In this document: in pieces, positions 36,837-51,476 of the stretch
How positions within the stretch are numbered: the first letter of the stretch is position 1
Layout of the letters: every line of letters starts with the position of its first letter
Source of the DNA: Thalia democratica
Taxonomy: Eukaryota
Length of the DNA stretch: 64,000 nucleotides
Direction of reading: 5' to 3'
Assembly (NCBI GenBank): GCA_965202585.1
Contig: CBDBBG010000090.1
Location: forward strand, 1-64,000
The notes under the pieces: model-generated
The model's input: only the letters and a program-made list of their open reading frames with translations
What the model was told of the DNA's origin: nothing
Databases searched by the model: none
Translations under genes and position numbers: made by a program

Positions 36837-39800
36837 TTATTTTCTCCGTTTTTTTATTAGCACTTCAACCTCTTCATCTAATGAAGTCATGGTTTTCTTC
36901 ATCTGGTCTGCATTCCGCTTCATTTTCTTGGCAGTTAAAATCATTTCCCCCATTTTATTTAAATCACTCTAATCTGCTGCCGCTACACTTGTTAAAGAAA
37001 ATCTTTTCTCTAAATCAAGCCACAACTTGTGGGCTTCATTTCTTTTTTTTTTTGGCACTCATTTATTTTTACCTCCAATTTTGCTGCCTCTGATTCCTCC
37101 TCATCTTCCATTTCTTGCCTTTGTTCTTTTAAAATGCTTGATATCTGATAAAAAAAATCTATATTAAAAGTATACTTAAACGAATTTTAATTATAAAATA
37201 TTACTCTAACACCAAAACACAACACTCAAAAATATACAACATACCTTGATCTTGCGGTGGCTACCGACATCTGCATATCTTTTGAGACGTTTACTTGATA
37301 TGGTTTTAGTTTGTAAGCATACATGTAGTCTTTAATTCATCTTCTTGATATAATACTTTCTTCTTTCATCTTATCTTCAAACAGAGCTTTATTAATGCTA
37401 AATCCTCGTTCCACCTCCGCCTGTCCATTGTGCAAAACAAACAATGATTGCAGTAGTTTTCCGAGAGAAGATTTGGTACAAACTCCCAATGTTTCAAAGT
37501 AAAACTGATCCAAACGATCTTGACTTCGCTTGAAACTTTTAAACTTTAATACATTAATTGGGCAATTTATCAAAGTTCTAAAATGATCGATGCTTTCATC
37601 TCCTTCAGTGTTGGAGCACATTTTTTGTTTCGTTAAGGTGTGGACAATACTGACAAAACGCTTAACCAGAACTGTGACTCCTAATTTGTCTAGGTTATGA
37701 GGATTTAGGCATGACATATCTTTAATAAATGTAGTTCCAATAGCCATTCTGCTTCGGAGACTTTCAACGGCTTTTATAATAAATACTCTACATTCTTATT
37801 AAAATTTAAGATCTTTTGTTCCTCAACTAGGTCTTTTTTTCTTAAATTTGAAAGCAAATTGGTTGCTGCACAACCAAGATCATAGGCAGGTTTCAGGAAA
37901 GCTTGATCATTTAATTCAATCTTGAATAACTTGGGAAGGCTGAGGTTCGAAACTACCCCGTCTTTCATAAAGATACATAGCAGTTTAATTACCAAGCACG
38001 AAATGTCCTCATCCATAAAAGCAACAACAGGCTGGGTACTCTAGTATAGAGTTAAAAAAGGTAGCATGAGAGATGCTAAATAACTAAAGAAATGTATCTT
38101 TACTAAGACAAGATAATCAGCCACTGCATCCCTTACGACTCGGTAACATCTGCTGTCAGGACATTTACTCTTTGGACCTAACTGCCAAACTTGACAAAAA
38201 ATTTTAATGTTTGGCCAAATTTCGATTGCACGATCAGCCACTATCTTATCGTCAAGCCAACGAGTTTTACAAAACGAAAACGGAAAAATTTTGCTACCGG
38301 TTATTGACTTGTAGTCCGTTCTCCATCCTCCAGCTTTTTAAAAAGTTTTAAAAGACTTTTAAAAACGTCATCCAGCTTCCAGTTGGTAGCGTCAGCTCCA
38401 AGCTCAAAAGCTCTATGAGCAATGTGGAGACTGTGGCTACCAATGTTTATAAGCTCACTCAGGTCCTTTTCTTTCCTATAGTCCCTTATTTTTCTATACA
38501 TGGACCAATTTGAATTTGGTCCGTCCATACTTATCTGGGCCAGTTTTGATTCATCTTAAGGCTGTAAAGCTGAAAGAAGGCTTTTTTTTGAGGTCCTCAG
38601 CGGTGGTATGACCCAAAAACTTTGTAGTTAAGTATTGTGAAACCACTCTGTTGTTAAACATGTATCGAACTACAATATCCATTTGGGTCTTATTGATAAT
38701 GTCATTGTAGCTTTCATCAAAAGATACACTGTACCACCTGGATTTTTTAATTGCTTCCAGCAAGATGTTTTCAAAATATGGTCCGAGGCCAAAATTTATC
38801 GTGTATGACTGTGCTATTGCACTGTCAGGAAACATCTTTTTGTTCAGCTCCGCCAGTTTGTTACACGAACTGCCTGAGTAATTGTGCTTGACAGTGTGTA
38901 ATAATAATAATAATAAGGCCCGCTATCAGCCGAGATCGGCTTTGCGTGTTGTGCACAGAGAAGAAAAAAAATATAAAAATAAAATAATTACATGTTTAAA
39001 AACAAAAAACAATTAAATTCATTCTGCTTCTTATTTCTTCATCTTCTTCTTCGTTTTTCTAAAATATTCCTTTTCTCTTTCTTGCAGTCTTTTGTGTATA
39101 GTTGATCTCCATTTGGCACGGTCATTTGCAAGCAACTCCCAATCATCAGTTCCAATGTTCAAGCTTTTTAGGTCGCGCTTGCATACATCCTTAAAACGTA
39201 ATTTTGGATGTTCTCGGTTTCGTTTGCCAACGACCAACTCGCCATACAATAGAAACTTTGGGATCCGCTCAGTATTCATTCTCAGGATATGACCGAGCCA
39301 GCGAAGCCTGCGCTGACTGAGGGTAAAGTACATAGTGGTAAGACCAGTACGTCTCAATACTTCCTCATTGGTGATCTTTTGCTGCCATGTAATTCCAAGG
39401 ATGCGACGAAGGCATCGTAGGTGGAAGGTATTGATTTTCTTCTCCTGTATGCTAGGTAACGTCCATGTCTCGCTACCGTAAAGCAGAGTACTGCAGACAC
39501 AGGAACGGTAAACGTTAGCCTTTGTTCGAATACTTAGCTTTTGGTTATCCCAAACTCTTGCAGTTAAGCGAGCGAAAGTGCCTGATGCTTTGCCAATGCG
39601 ACTATTTATTTCTTTGTCAAATGATGCGTTTGACGCGACATTTGAGCCAAGGTATACAAAGTTATATCCTTACAGTTGATCTTGATTGATGGTAAAATAT
39701 TTGTTCCTTGACTTAGAATTTTAGTCTTCTTAAGGCTTATAGTAAGGCCGAAATCCGAGCATGCCGAAGAAAACTGATTTAGCAGTGTCTGCAGGTCTTG

Positions 39801-40273
39801 GGCAGAGTGAGCCACGAGCGCAGCATCGTCAGCAAATAAAAGATCACGTATGGTTACTTTCTTCAGATTTCGCTTAGCTCTTAGATTTGAAGGGTTGAAA
39901 AGGTGACAGTGTGTAATACCCATAAAATTTCAGCGGTTGTGGTTTGTGACTTACTTACCGAACCTATTGATGGGCTTACACCACTGCTCTCACAACTTGT
40001 TACTCTGCCGCTGCTCTCATCACTTACCCCACTGGAGCTTGATCCAGCATTATAGAAAAATTATTGGATTTGGTGAGCTCCTGGTCTTTTATTTCTATGT
40101 CCAGCTCCATTCATATGTACAGTGAGTGCTTTTCTTCCCATATTTGACAGTGACAGAGTACATGAACACCACTTGCATTTAAAATTCTTTTTATCATCAT
40201 CATCTTTAATGAGCCATTCAGAAAAATCTTTTTCAGAAAGCCAAGAATTCTTGAAATATGTAAACTTTGGCAT
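36837..40273 (-). pseudogene. Decayed hAT-like transposase
   Basis: BED-like finger (WL..FKCKWC..LSNMG..ALTVHM..GH), AEILWVL..MFPDSAIA, SVSFDESYN (D), MDGPN (D), HNGQAEVERGFS (E); multiple stops and frameshifts; interrupted by an RTE fragment. Confidence 0.85.
38904..39903 (-). mobile_element. 5'-truncated RTE-clade LINE fragment
   Basis: LLFADDAALVAHS..FGLTISLKKTK and RRLRWLGHILRM..IPK.LLYGEL..GKR..KLRFKDVCKRDLK; (ATT)n tail; 15-bp TSD TGACAGTGTGTAATA (38889-38903, 39904-39918). Confidence 0.92.
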
Positions 40274-42504
40274 AATAAAAATATAAAAAAACAATTAAAT
40301 ACTGATCTGAAAAAAATAACAATGGTTAGTCTGAGTTAAAAAACCCAATAAATAAAGTATCAGTTTTCTGTACAAATAATTCTAATCTAACATCTTAATA
40401 CAAAAAATAAATTTCCTTTCTATCAGTAATAAGCTATTTATTTAACTTAAAAAGTAAACTTTAGTCAGATTTAGCATATAAGTTGTAAAATAAATCTAGT
40501 AATAAAAATTTAGCGCATAAGTTAAAAATATCTAGTAATAAAAAGTATTTACTTAAAACATGTTTTACTTATATAAATTGTTAACTTAGTTTAATAAAAT
40601 ACTACCTAAACTATTTAATATAAAATCCTTAAATAAAAAATAAAAAAGAATATACTTAAGTGACTGTAAAAAAAGACATAAAAAAGTAAACTATATATCT
40701 GTTGTATAAAATATTTCCTCTTATCATTTAGTATAAAATTTGTAAGAAATAAATATACTCTTATTTACTTTAAAAACTTGTGTTACTCTACAAAAAATAC
40801 AAATAATAAGTAAATTTAATCTTGGCATATTATACCTCTCTTATAACTTATTTAAAAAATTTAAACGAATTTGAAAAAATTATAAAGAGGTAAAGTATAC
40901 ACATTAACTTGTTACATCAAATACTAAACTAACTGCTTAGTTATAAAGAACTCAATTGTTTACTTGAACAAAAAACTCTTTGATTCTAAAATTATGCTAG
41001 ATAAACTTTTGTGTATATATCACAGTTTCACTATGGAAGTGTCCTTGCTACAGATCATAAATACTAAAAAGCTTACAAAATCTGCTTGTTCAAGTAGGGT
41101 ACTTGTTCAATATGTTAATAGAAAATTTTTTGCAGTTTTATAAATGATATTTTACTAATTTATACCAGCTGAAGGCATTGGAAATAAAACTAAATATTTT
41201 TGTAAATTTTTAGGAAAATTTTGTGAATTTTTTTCTGACTTTAAGGGACTTTTAATTAACTTTTACCACTTAAAGGCTTTGGAAAACAAGGAATTTCGTA
41301 AATTTAAACTGACAAAATCTGACTTTTTTTTTTATTTTATCAAATTTCCTGACTTTTCCTGACTTTTTTCAAAACTCCCCATTTTTTCCTGACTTTTCCT
41401 GACTTTTGTAATTTTTTCAAATTTTTCCTGACTTTTCCTGACCGAGTGGCATCACTGTAGAAAACTGCATTTTTAACAAAAATATTAACGAATTATTATA
41501 TCATGCAGTTATTTATTGAAATGCAAATATTTTTAATTGTTGTTAATAGTTTTAAAAATTATAAAATTCCTTTTTTAAACTGATTATTGTAAGACAGATG
41601 TTTTTAATTGTTGTTAATTAATAATATACAAATTATACTGTTCCTTTTTTAATTAAACATTTTAAGATAGAGTTAGTTTTCTAATTAATTACTGATAGAA
41701 AGTATGGTTAGGCAATGTTCATAAAAATTTAATTGAAATTACGAACCTTAAAAGGAAATAAAAATGTACACCTGTTTCTCTACAAAAAAATTTTAATCTC
41801 AAATTTGATATCTTTAGGTTTAAAATCAAACTAAGAAAAAAATTCCTTATTTTATAATAAATATAAATCATCAAATTTTTAAAATTTGATTAAAAAATAT
41901 TTATTTTTGTTTTTGAAAGAAAGTTTTTTATTATACTTAGTTTTTATAACTATATACAATTTTCGTGAAATTAGTTAATTGCAAAATAAAACATAACTTT
42001 CTTTTAATCGTTTTAAATACTGCATTTAATTAAAGAATTTTTTTACTAGGCTGTGTTAAACTTTATTTTTTATTAACTTTCTAGGTCATTTTTACACATA
42101 TGTAATCTTTAATTGAATGTATAAAGAGGCAGAATCTTTTTATTTATTTATTTTATTTGTATAACTTTTGCTTTGTACTATTTATTTAATTTACTCATCT
42201 TTTTAAATATGAAAAGAAAAAGTTTTTTTAAATCCTAAGATAAAGCAAAGTTAAAAAAAAACAGAAAAAAAAACTATTTGGTTAAAAATTAATCATCCTA
42301 AATTTTAACAGTTATTTTTATATTATTTTTGTGTATTTTGTTCGGCCCAAGGGCCTGTTGCTCAAAGAACCTTTCGGTTATCGAGTCGCACACCAGGATA
42401 CAGTTTAGAGTCATGTCAATTACCAAAGATAATTACTTCAAACTATAATTCTACAAAAAATAAAATATTATTTTTTTTATATGAAATTCTAAAAATTTTA
42501 TTTA

Positions 42505-42915
42505 CTTTTCTGTCATAATTTTTTTTTGTCTTTACAGCAGGGTTTTATAAATTAATAGATATCTCCTAAAAACTTAAATTCAATAATTAAAAATAATGTA
42601 AATAAACTGTTTTTTAAAAAGTCTTTTTAAGTATATAAATAGTTTTACAGTAAAAGTATTTAAGTTCAGATGAATATATTAAGTTTAAATTATTATATAA
42701 TTTTTGTTAAAAATTTTTTTTTCAAAGATCTTATTAATTTTTGTCATATTTTTTTTTATCTTTTAAAGCAGGGTTTTATAAAATAAAAAATGTTTGGTAT
42801 AAATTTGAATTCAAATCTTTAAAAATAAATGAAATAAACATTTTTTTAAAGACATTTTTAAATTTTATGAACAGTTTGACAGTAAAAGTATTGAAGTTAA
42901 GATTGGTATGTTAAA
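42505..42915 (+). repeat. Diverged tandem duplication (about 235-bp period) in the Kelch intron
   Basis: Shared gcagggttttataaa ... acagtaaaagtatt(t/g)aagtt at about 42537-42666 and 42768-42898. Confidence 0.6.
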
Positions 42916-43286
42916 TACGTTTAAAGAAAAAAAACTATTTATAACGAATTTAATTAATAGTTATAAATATTTAAAATTACTTATTATTTTACTTTAAACC
43001 TTTTATAAAAGAGTCAATGCTAATATTAAAAATTAACATTCAGCCCCCATATGCTTTTAACACCTTAAGTTTAACTTATAATTGTATAAGTTCAAATTTT
43101 TATTTAGTTTACAGTTATAAAATTTTATTAAAAAATTTTTACACGTCTAACAAATAAAACTAAGTCTTTTTTTTTTGTTATTTATAAACTAATATAAGCA
43201 TTTAATTGTTATGTTAATTTAAATATGAATCTACAAAAAACTAAAATTAAAGTAATCGACAACAAAAAAATTGTTTAACCCTTTAC

Positions 43287-43482
43287 CTGTATTGATAAAT
43301 GTATTGTAAGCTCGCATACTTTTATCATCTAATTGTTTTGTATAAAATTCCTTGCATTTGTTTTTAAGACAATCAACTACTGAATTTCTACAAGTTAGAC
43401 CAAAACTTGTTGGTTTTTCAGGGGTATCCTCAAGTTTTATTCTGTTACCATCAATGAGCTCCAACTTACTTTCATCTGACAT
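43287..43482 (-). CDS. Kelch-like protein exon 1 (N-terminal degenerate BTB)
   Basis: ATG 43482; MSDESKLELIDGNRIKLE..TKQLDDKSMRAYNTFINT; donor G|gtaaag at 43286, phase 1, matching the 36072 acceptor. The join gives 535 aa and reads like BTB helices (..AYNTFINTDVPSMEENNIVLALELNKILQ..). Linkage is inference. Confidence 0.7.
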
Positions 43483-44877
43483 GTTTGATTATATTTTGGT
43501 TAACTTGTTATATATAAATCTAAAATAAGTACATATATTTTGGCTAACATTAATAGTTAGTTTGTTTTTATTGGAATTCGAAGCAACAAATGCTTTTAAC
43601 TGTATAGATTAGCTTAAAGAATACTTTAGTTGTGTATCAAAAGTATTTATTAAAAAGAATATTTAATTATTTTTGTAGAACAGTCAATTTTTACTTTCAC
43701 TATATTTAAAAATATTACAAACATAACTTGTTGTGTTTTTTATTTTTTCTAGAAATACTAAACTTGAGTTAAGTTTTTTTAAAGCTTTCAAAGTTAAGTT
43801 TTTTACTTTAATATTAAACTTTAGGTTAAAACAACTTTTTTAAACTAAGTTTTCAGTTTTTATAGCAATTTAAAATATTTAAGCAAAATACTATGGCTAA
43901 ATTATTGCTTAGCATTTTTCACCATTATATTTTTTTCTTTCATATAAAAAATAATATTGTATGCCTGATAAAATCATTGTTATAATAATTAACTCAAAAG
44001 TTTAGTAGTTAAGTTTAAAATAGTAAAAAAAAATTAAAAATATACAACTTTTAATTTTTTTTTTAAATTTAAATATACAGTAAACTTAAATACTAATAAT
44101 ATTTATACATTTTATAACAAAAATAAATCTTTTAAAATATCTTTTTAATAAAATTTTAGTATAAAACTAATGATAGGTTTTAAAAGATAACCCTTCAGTA
44201 TATACTTCTGCTTTAGAGGCTTAATTTATTTGTAATAATACTGATTAAAAACATTGCTGAAATTGTAAATCGGTTGAGATTAAAAAGAAAAAGTTTTAGA
44301 TACATTATATAACCATGTTATCTATTTATATATTAAAAAGATATATTTAACCTTTTCAGTTCTTTTAATTGACTACTTTAATCTTGTAACAAAAACTTTT
44401 TACTAGAATGCCTTTTTGTTTTGTTCAAGCTAATCTTTAGTTTTAGTTAAACAGCTTAGTATAAACTTAGTTCATTGTACTTTTTTTATTTAAGTAAAAC
44501 ATACAAAAGTATTTTCAAGAATTTTGAAGAACTTACCACAGATTTAAAAAAAAAATTGCCATTTAAAAATAAATGAAAATACTGTTCTTTAAAAATATGT
44601 ATTTAAAACTTACAGCATTTTGAAACTAGATCAACTAAATCTCATTCTAAATCCAAAAAAAAACTTTCTTGAGTATTAAAAAAAACTTAAATCTGAAAAA
44701 GTATTAAAAAAAAAAAAAACTTACCTAGGTCATTCTGAGTTTATAAAAACTAAAGTCATAATTTAATTTGGAAATTTTTTAGCATTTCAAAATATAATTA
44801 GTTACCCTGAGTACCCAATTTGTGTGGCACTCGTTTTTTAAAACAGAAAACTAGCCTGGAATTTAGGATAATACAAA

Positions 44878-46540
44878 TAGTGATGTACCGGACCCACTAT
44901 TTCAGGTCCAGCCGGACTCAGATCCGGATTTTTTTACAAATTAGGATCCGGCCGGAACCGTACCCTGATTTTTTTTTTAAATTAAGATCCGGCCGGATCC
45001 GGATATCAGACAAAAATGGCAATATCTGACCGGAACCGGATTTTTAATACTCTAAGTTGTTTGTAATGTATATAGTATAAAAAACTTCTATTTATGATAA
45101 TGCAATTTTATATAACTCACTATTAACTAAGTACAATTGTGTGAAGTTTATCTTTTATGCGTTATATCTAACTATGTTCTTTTGAATTTTGAAATATTAT
45201 AGTTAAAAAAAATTTAGACTAATAAATATTAATGTGCTGCTAAAATAAACAATAAGAAAGTTTATTATATGTTATTAAGGTCTAGTTAAGATTAACAGTT
45301 GTTAACAATTGTACGTTATATGTGGCCATACATAACCTGTCATTACAGACGGATCTTTGAAAAGGAGGCGGTAGTAAGTCAGAACTATACAGTTGATCTA
45401 AACAAATGTTTATTACTTCATTAAGTGGAACGTTCAAAAACAAACTTTTTATGTCAAACGAGACCATAAAATTGTTTGGTTGGAAAATATTAAAGCTTTT
45501 AAGGTTTTCTAAAAAACTGAAAGAATCAGGTACTGTGTGATTTGAGAATTTATTTAAAACTGGTTCTAATAGGGAAATTAAAAAGGTTAATAATTTTGAC
45601 TATGGTGATTTAGCCATAGAAAAAATGGGTCTAAGTGGAATTTTTTTTTGTGTGTTTTTGGGAGTCCATACAACTTAGGGCGCTGTGAGCCAATAGGCCT
45701 GGTCAATACCATGAATAGCATGAAATTACAAAAACCATTGTATATAACCTACTGTACATTATAATATTATTAATTTTTAGCATTATAATTCTGAGGAGAG
45801 CTAAACGATGTATCAATAAACTTTTATAAATAGAGTGATTTACTTTTGAAACAACAAAGAAAAACACTAAAATATCAACAGTGAATAGACTAAATTCTTT
45901 AAGGCTTTATGAATTTTATGAATGAAGCCTGAGTTAGAATGAGGTTTTTAAAAACTGAAAAAAATTACTTTAATCTAATAATTAGTAGAACAGCTAGTCA
46001 TAAGGTTGACAATTTGGTAGTAAAGTTTTTAATTTTACAACATAGTTAAAGAGTTGCATTTCTGAAATGTTTATTTCATGGTTTAAATGTAAACAAATGT
46101 AAATTAGTCACGTGTACAAAATGAGCCAATCACGGTAGGTGTTTAATTTTAACTGACAAAATGCAAATAGGCTCGATCACTGATTCGTGTAATAAACTGA
46201 TGTAGTTCAATCACCTGTACAAAATGACTCTTTTTAATTTACACAAGGTTTGTTTTTAAAAAAATACTTTTCTGTATATTTTCTGTATTTTCTTTTTTAC
46301 TAACTATTTTCCGAATCGGCAAGATCTCTATTTTAGGATCCGGCCGAAACCGGACCCGAATTTTTTTTTAAATCAAGATCCGGCCGGAACTTGATCCGGA
46401 TTTTTTTTTCAAATTAGGATCCGGCCAGAACCGGACCCAGATCTTTTTTTCAAATTAAGATCCGGCCGGATCCGGATATCAGACAAAAGGGCATTATCCG
46501 GCCGGATCCAGACCCGGATAGTGAGTCCAGTACATCACTA
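44878..46540. mobile_element. Non-autonomous hAT element with GATCCGG-rich subtermini
   Basis: About 23-bp TIR TAGTGATGTAC(C/T)GGAC(C/T)CACTAT; 8-bp TSD aatacaaa/tatacaaa (7/8). Confidence 0.85.
45300..45480 (-). pseudogene. Penelope-like reverse transcriptase fragment inside the hAT element
   Basis: VSFDIKSLFLNVPLNEVINICLDQLY..P..MAT matches the PLE RT motif SFDVxSLFTNVPxxExIxIC. Confidence 0.75.
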
Positions 46541-49500
46541 TATACAAACAAACTAGCTTAAGTTTTCAACAGACCCTAATTATTTAGTTATCCTGAGACC
46601 CAGAAAGTATAGCATTCCTGAACCTATGAAGCTATCAAAACTTCAATGCACATCTTTGAAACATATTGATCTTATATAGAAGTTATTTTTGAGTCTTTTT
46701 TGCATTTAAAACTTTAACAATACAAAAAATTTGTTTGAATAGTAGATCTAAATTTAAAAGATGATGTAAAGCTACTTCACATGTGTTTTTTATCACAAAC
46801 AAATTTGATGATAACACAAAAATTTTGACTATACAGTAATTTTTTAAAGTCAAAGTTTAGTTACTTAATTTTTGAAACTAATTTTATAATTTTAATATAT
46901 ATTAAATTTAAACTCTATATACCAAGGTTTTTTTGATATTTTCAGTAATTTTCAAATTTTAGGTTTTTCATACTGAAAAAAATAACATTATCAATTTTGA
47001 ATCAGTTCAAAGTAAGCCTAAATTTTTCAAAATTTTTTAATAGAATGTATTTTTTATTCAAAACCTTTACTTTAGTTGGAAAAGTTGTAATTTATTTAAT
47101 TTAATAAAAACTATATTTAACCATTTCAACTGAAAGAATCAATAAGTTAAACTAACAATTATTATGATTTTTTTTGTCTAAACCTATGACAAATTACTTT
47201 ATTTTGAAAATAGGAAAACTTTAAAAGTTTATTTACTAGTATATAAATGAAATATAGTCTTATTAAAGATCCTAATTTAAAAAAAAAATATTTTACTTAT
47301 TGAATAAAATAGTAAAAATTTCTAATACTACTTTATAACAAACTCCTCAATAAAAACAAGCTTCGCTAATATAAAATTATATTGAAACCTATTTATTATT
47401 ATTGTTTATCTTTTAGTAATACATTTAAGTTATATTTTAGTTGAAAAAAAAAACAACTAAGCACTTACTTTATTAAACTCCAAATTAGAAATTAATCTGC
47501 TTTGTTACAAGAGTTTCTATACTATAATTAAATATGTTAAAAAAACTAGTTTTTAAAATAATTAATTTGAAGGCAATCATTTTATCAGAAACTACAAAAT
47601 TATTAAAGACATTTATAAAATACAATTTTTAACTTAACTAGTGAAATCTAAAATATACATTAAGTAGGATTAAAATAAAAATTCCAAAAGTACATAGAAT
47701 CAAACATTATTAAATCATATATTTAGATTAAAGCAAGTTTTTATTTGAACAAAACAAACTCATAAGTTTGTTTTATAAAGCAATAAACTTCATGATATTT
47801 TTGTTCTTATTTAAATGCTAGTACAAGAATTTAAACATACAGAGCTTGCAACAAATTATATTTTCTACTAATTGAAAAAATTTATACATACAAACATATT
47901 CAATACAGCTATATTCTCTTACTTTAATTAAATTTTTTTTTAATATCTAGTAATAGACAACTACTACATATGAGTATACATGCTGAGAAAAAAGACCGAA
48001 ATGTTTAAAGTCATTAGACAAGGTATGGATGCTATTCAATTTTAATTCGGAAAGTAAACTTTTTACATTCTAAACTAGGATTAATTTTATTTGAAAGTTG
48101 TAAAAAAAGTAATACTAAAAACAGTATTATTTATATTTTTGTACAATACTAGATAATAGCTAAATATAATTTTCCATTTACACTGTTTCAGTTAATGTCA
48201 GAACTAAGAAGTGATGTAAAATCTTATCAAACTTAAATTAATTTAAATCAAAAAAATCATGCTCCAATGAATTAAACAATGAACTTTAGTTCTTTTAATG
48301 TTCTTATTAAAACTTTCTTTGTTACAAAACTCTTAAAAAGTTATCAAATATTATATTCCCTTAATTTTTCGCGCAAAATACAAATCATATAAACATAGCA
48401 ATTATTTAGTTTAGTTTAAAACTAATAAATTTACTAAAATCTTTAAAAACTTAAATTATTTCAAATTAAAAATGTCATGCTCGAAAGATTTTAACTATGA
48501 AATCTTAATATTAAATTTTATTCTATTATTACCACGGGTCGGCATTAGCATTTTGTTACAAATAATTTTTATTATTAAATTTTTTCGACGTCTTAAGCTA
48601 TTAAAATAGAAGAAGTTTTTGAAAAAAAAAAGTTATTAAGTAAGCCTTGTGTGAGTACTAGTAAAGAATTACCACTAAATATGAAAAATATTTTAAATTT
48701 GTTCAGTTTTCCAGTTTGCCCTCAAGTACAATCGAAAACTTGAAATTAAGCTTAAATTATTTAAACAAACAGCAAAAAAAAATATTTTTATTATCCGCAT
48801 TAAAATTTTAAATAATTGATTGTTTTAACTTTTTTCTTCTTAGTTTATTTTTGATATTAAACTTTATTTATATCTTAAATGGCATCAGGTACTAAAAAGA
48901 TAGCGTAATTCCACTTCAAGTGTATGTTATAGTAAAAAAAAATATGAATATAAACAGTTCATTGATCTAGTCTAATTTATGACTTTTTACATGTAGAATT
49001 ACTTTGAATTACAATTTTAATAGTATATTTTGTAAAAAAATCCATGTTTTTGCCTAAACTGTAAACTTCTAAGTATTCTAAGATTTTTGGAATTTCGAGT
49101 TAAATAAATAAACAATTTCGAGTTAAAAAAATGTAAATATTTTTTTTTTGTTTTCAGCTTTGATATAAGAGATTATGCTATTATTATTATTTATACTTTA
49201 CCTTCTACTTTCTCAACAATTTTTAGCTACATCGACTTATGTTTAGAGTTTGCACAAGGCTTATTAAAAGCAATTTTATAAAGTCTCTAAATTTCTAACT
49301 TTTAATTTTAGCATAGACTAATTTTTGGATGTGAATAAACATCATTCTGAGTTTTAATATATCTACTTTTGTTTTCTTTCTAGGTAAACTAGTTATACTT
49401 CATAGTCTTTTTTTTTCTTCCATTTTAAAAGAAAAGTTATATCTTTTTTGATTTTCATTAAATATCAAACTAAGTGTGATAAATTCTAATTTGGAATATT

Positions 49501-51476
49501 TAGCATTAAAATGTGTAATTCTAGTGAGATTAAAGAATAAAAGTTGTAGATTATTATATGTATTTATGTGAATTAACTTTAAAAAAAAGGGTTAGTTTAA
49601 ACTTTTATTTAAATTTTATTTAACTAACTTCATTCTTACCACAAAAACTTTAAATTGGAATTCCTATGTTAATAAATTACAAAATTGACTTAAGTTTTAA
49701 CTAATGAGTTTAAGATAAACTTTAATTTTAAGATTTATAAATAAAAGATTAAAAACATATTCTAAAATTTTAATTCTAAGTTAAGTAAAATATTGCCATA
49801 AGTTTTAAATTTTTAAAACAATCATCCAAAATCAAAAACAAAGTTCTAAAATAAAATAGGTTGTAACAGATTAACAACATTTTCAAACTTAATCAAACTA
49901 ATTCTAGATTATAAGTTCTGAGATTTTTGAAATCTTAATTCTTTCCAGAGATGTTATAAAAGAAATAACCCAAGATTTTTAAACAGTTAAAAGTATTCAG
50001 AGTTTTAGCAAGTACTAAAAATTTGTGGTAACTCTGTTTGAAGGTATAAAAACTAGCCTTGAATTGTTTTAAAAATTATTTGATCAGTTTTACAACAAAA
50101 TCTATTATCCAGAGATATTCTGAGAATCTAGAGGTGTAGCAACCTTTGAAATATAAAACTCTCAGATTTTATGCACATATTCTATAAGCTGCTTTAAAAC
50201 AAAGGTAAAAAATTAACTGGTACTAAATAAAAATATTAATAAAAAGCAATCATTTACCCTCCTTTATACGTTTACTTTTGTACTTATAGTAGCTAAATAT
50301 GTATAAGAAGTTTCTTCCAGGTTATCTTAAAGTATTCTATATTTACAAATTATAAATTTTTTGATTAAAATCTTAGTTTAAAAAAATTAAATATAAGATA
50401 AAGATCTCCGTTTAAAATGTACAAAAAAAAATAGAGAATATGGTAGATTTTTTATATTAAAAATATTTTTGCTACATATAATGTAAAAATGATTCAAAAT
50501 TCCAGGTTTTATAGTTATTTTTATTCCATTTACTATACCTTTTGCTAAGCAACTGTTTTGTTTTATTTAAAATTTTCCTACTTCAATCAAACTAAGCTAA
50601 TTAGCTCAAGTTTTTAATAACAAACTGATTGTAAGAAAATTTCTTTAAAAAACAGTTTTTTCTTTTAAGTAGTATTTGTAATTTAATTACTAGATTAAGA
50701 CTTTTACCAATCATTATCAAACAAAAAAGTAATAATACATGTTTATAAAACTTACGTAAAGCCTAATCAATAAGTTATCTTAATTAATGCAATTTAAATA
50801 AAATATTCCTTTTGATAGTTAAAAATTCGTTTTTAAAATCAATTGGTATATGATTATTAATCAAACTTATATTCTTAAATAAAATAAATTAAATAGTCAC
50901 CTTTAGTTTTTATAGCAACAATTTTCAAAGTCGATACTGGTCGTAAATATTTTTTCAATCAGTTAAATTTACAAACTTAACTTTTGTTTTGTATTTGAGT
51001 TTTTACTGTTTTTTCCTTAATTAGATTAAAACATAACTATATTAGCTTTATTGACGTTTCGTCAATAAAATAAGAATTTATAAATATAGATTTTTGTGTT
51101 TTTTCAATAGACTTAATTTTGCAAGTTTCATCTCTGGTTGAGCTTAATTTAAGGTAATTTTTATTTAACCAGGGATGAAGCTTGCAATATTCAATATTTT
51201 TCAGCAAACACAAAAATTTGTATTAATAAAATTCTTATTTTTTTTGATAAAACGTTATTGAAGCTTATATAATTTTGTTTTACTCAAACTATGAAAAAAA
51301 AAAATAAAAACGTAAAAACTAAAAGTAAATGTGTAAGTTTAACTGATTAAAAATACATTTAAGATCTTAATTGACTTTAAAAAATGGTTGCTATAAAAGC
51401 TAAAATTGACTATTTGACTATTTTTTATTCAAGAATACAAGTTTACAATCAATTAATTGTTTGTTTCATTCATTGT

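Larger units (their letters stand above)
36150..41457 (-). mobile_element. hAT-like DNA transposon relic with 6-bp TSD, inside the Kelch intron
   Basis: TIRs CATGGTTGCCACTC / GAGTGGCATCACTG; TSD TAGAAA (36144-36149, 41458-41463); TTTTCCTGAC subterminal repeats at both ends; decayed transposase inside. Confidence 0.88.

Noticed and set aside
51047-51066. Hairpin TATTGACG-TTT-CGTCAATA with a PLE-like GACGTTTCG
   Set aside because: No TCNTCAG partner nearby for an antisense hammerhead; an isolated 8-bp stem is not enough.
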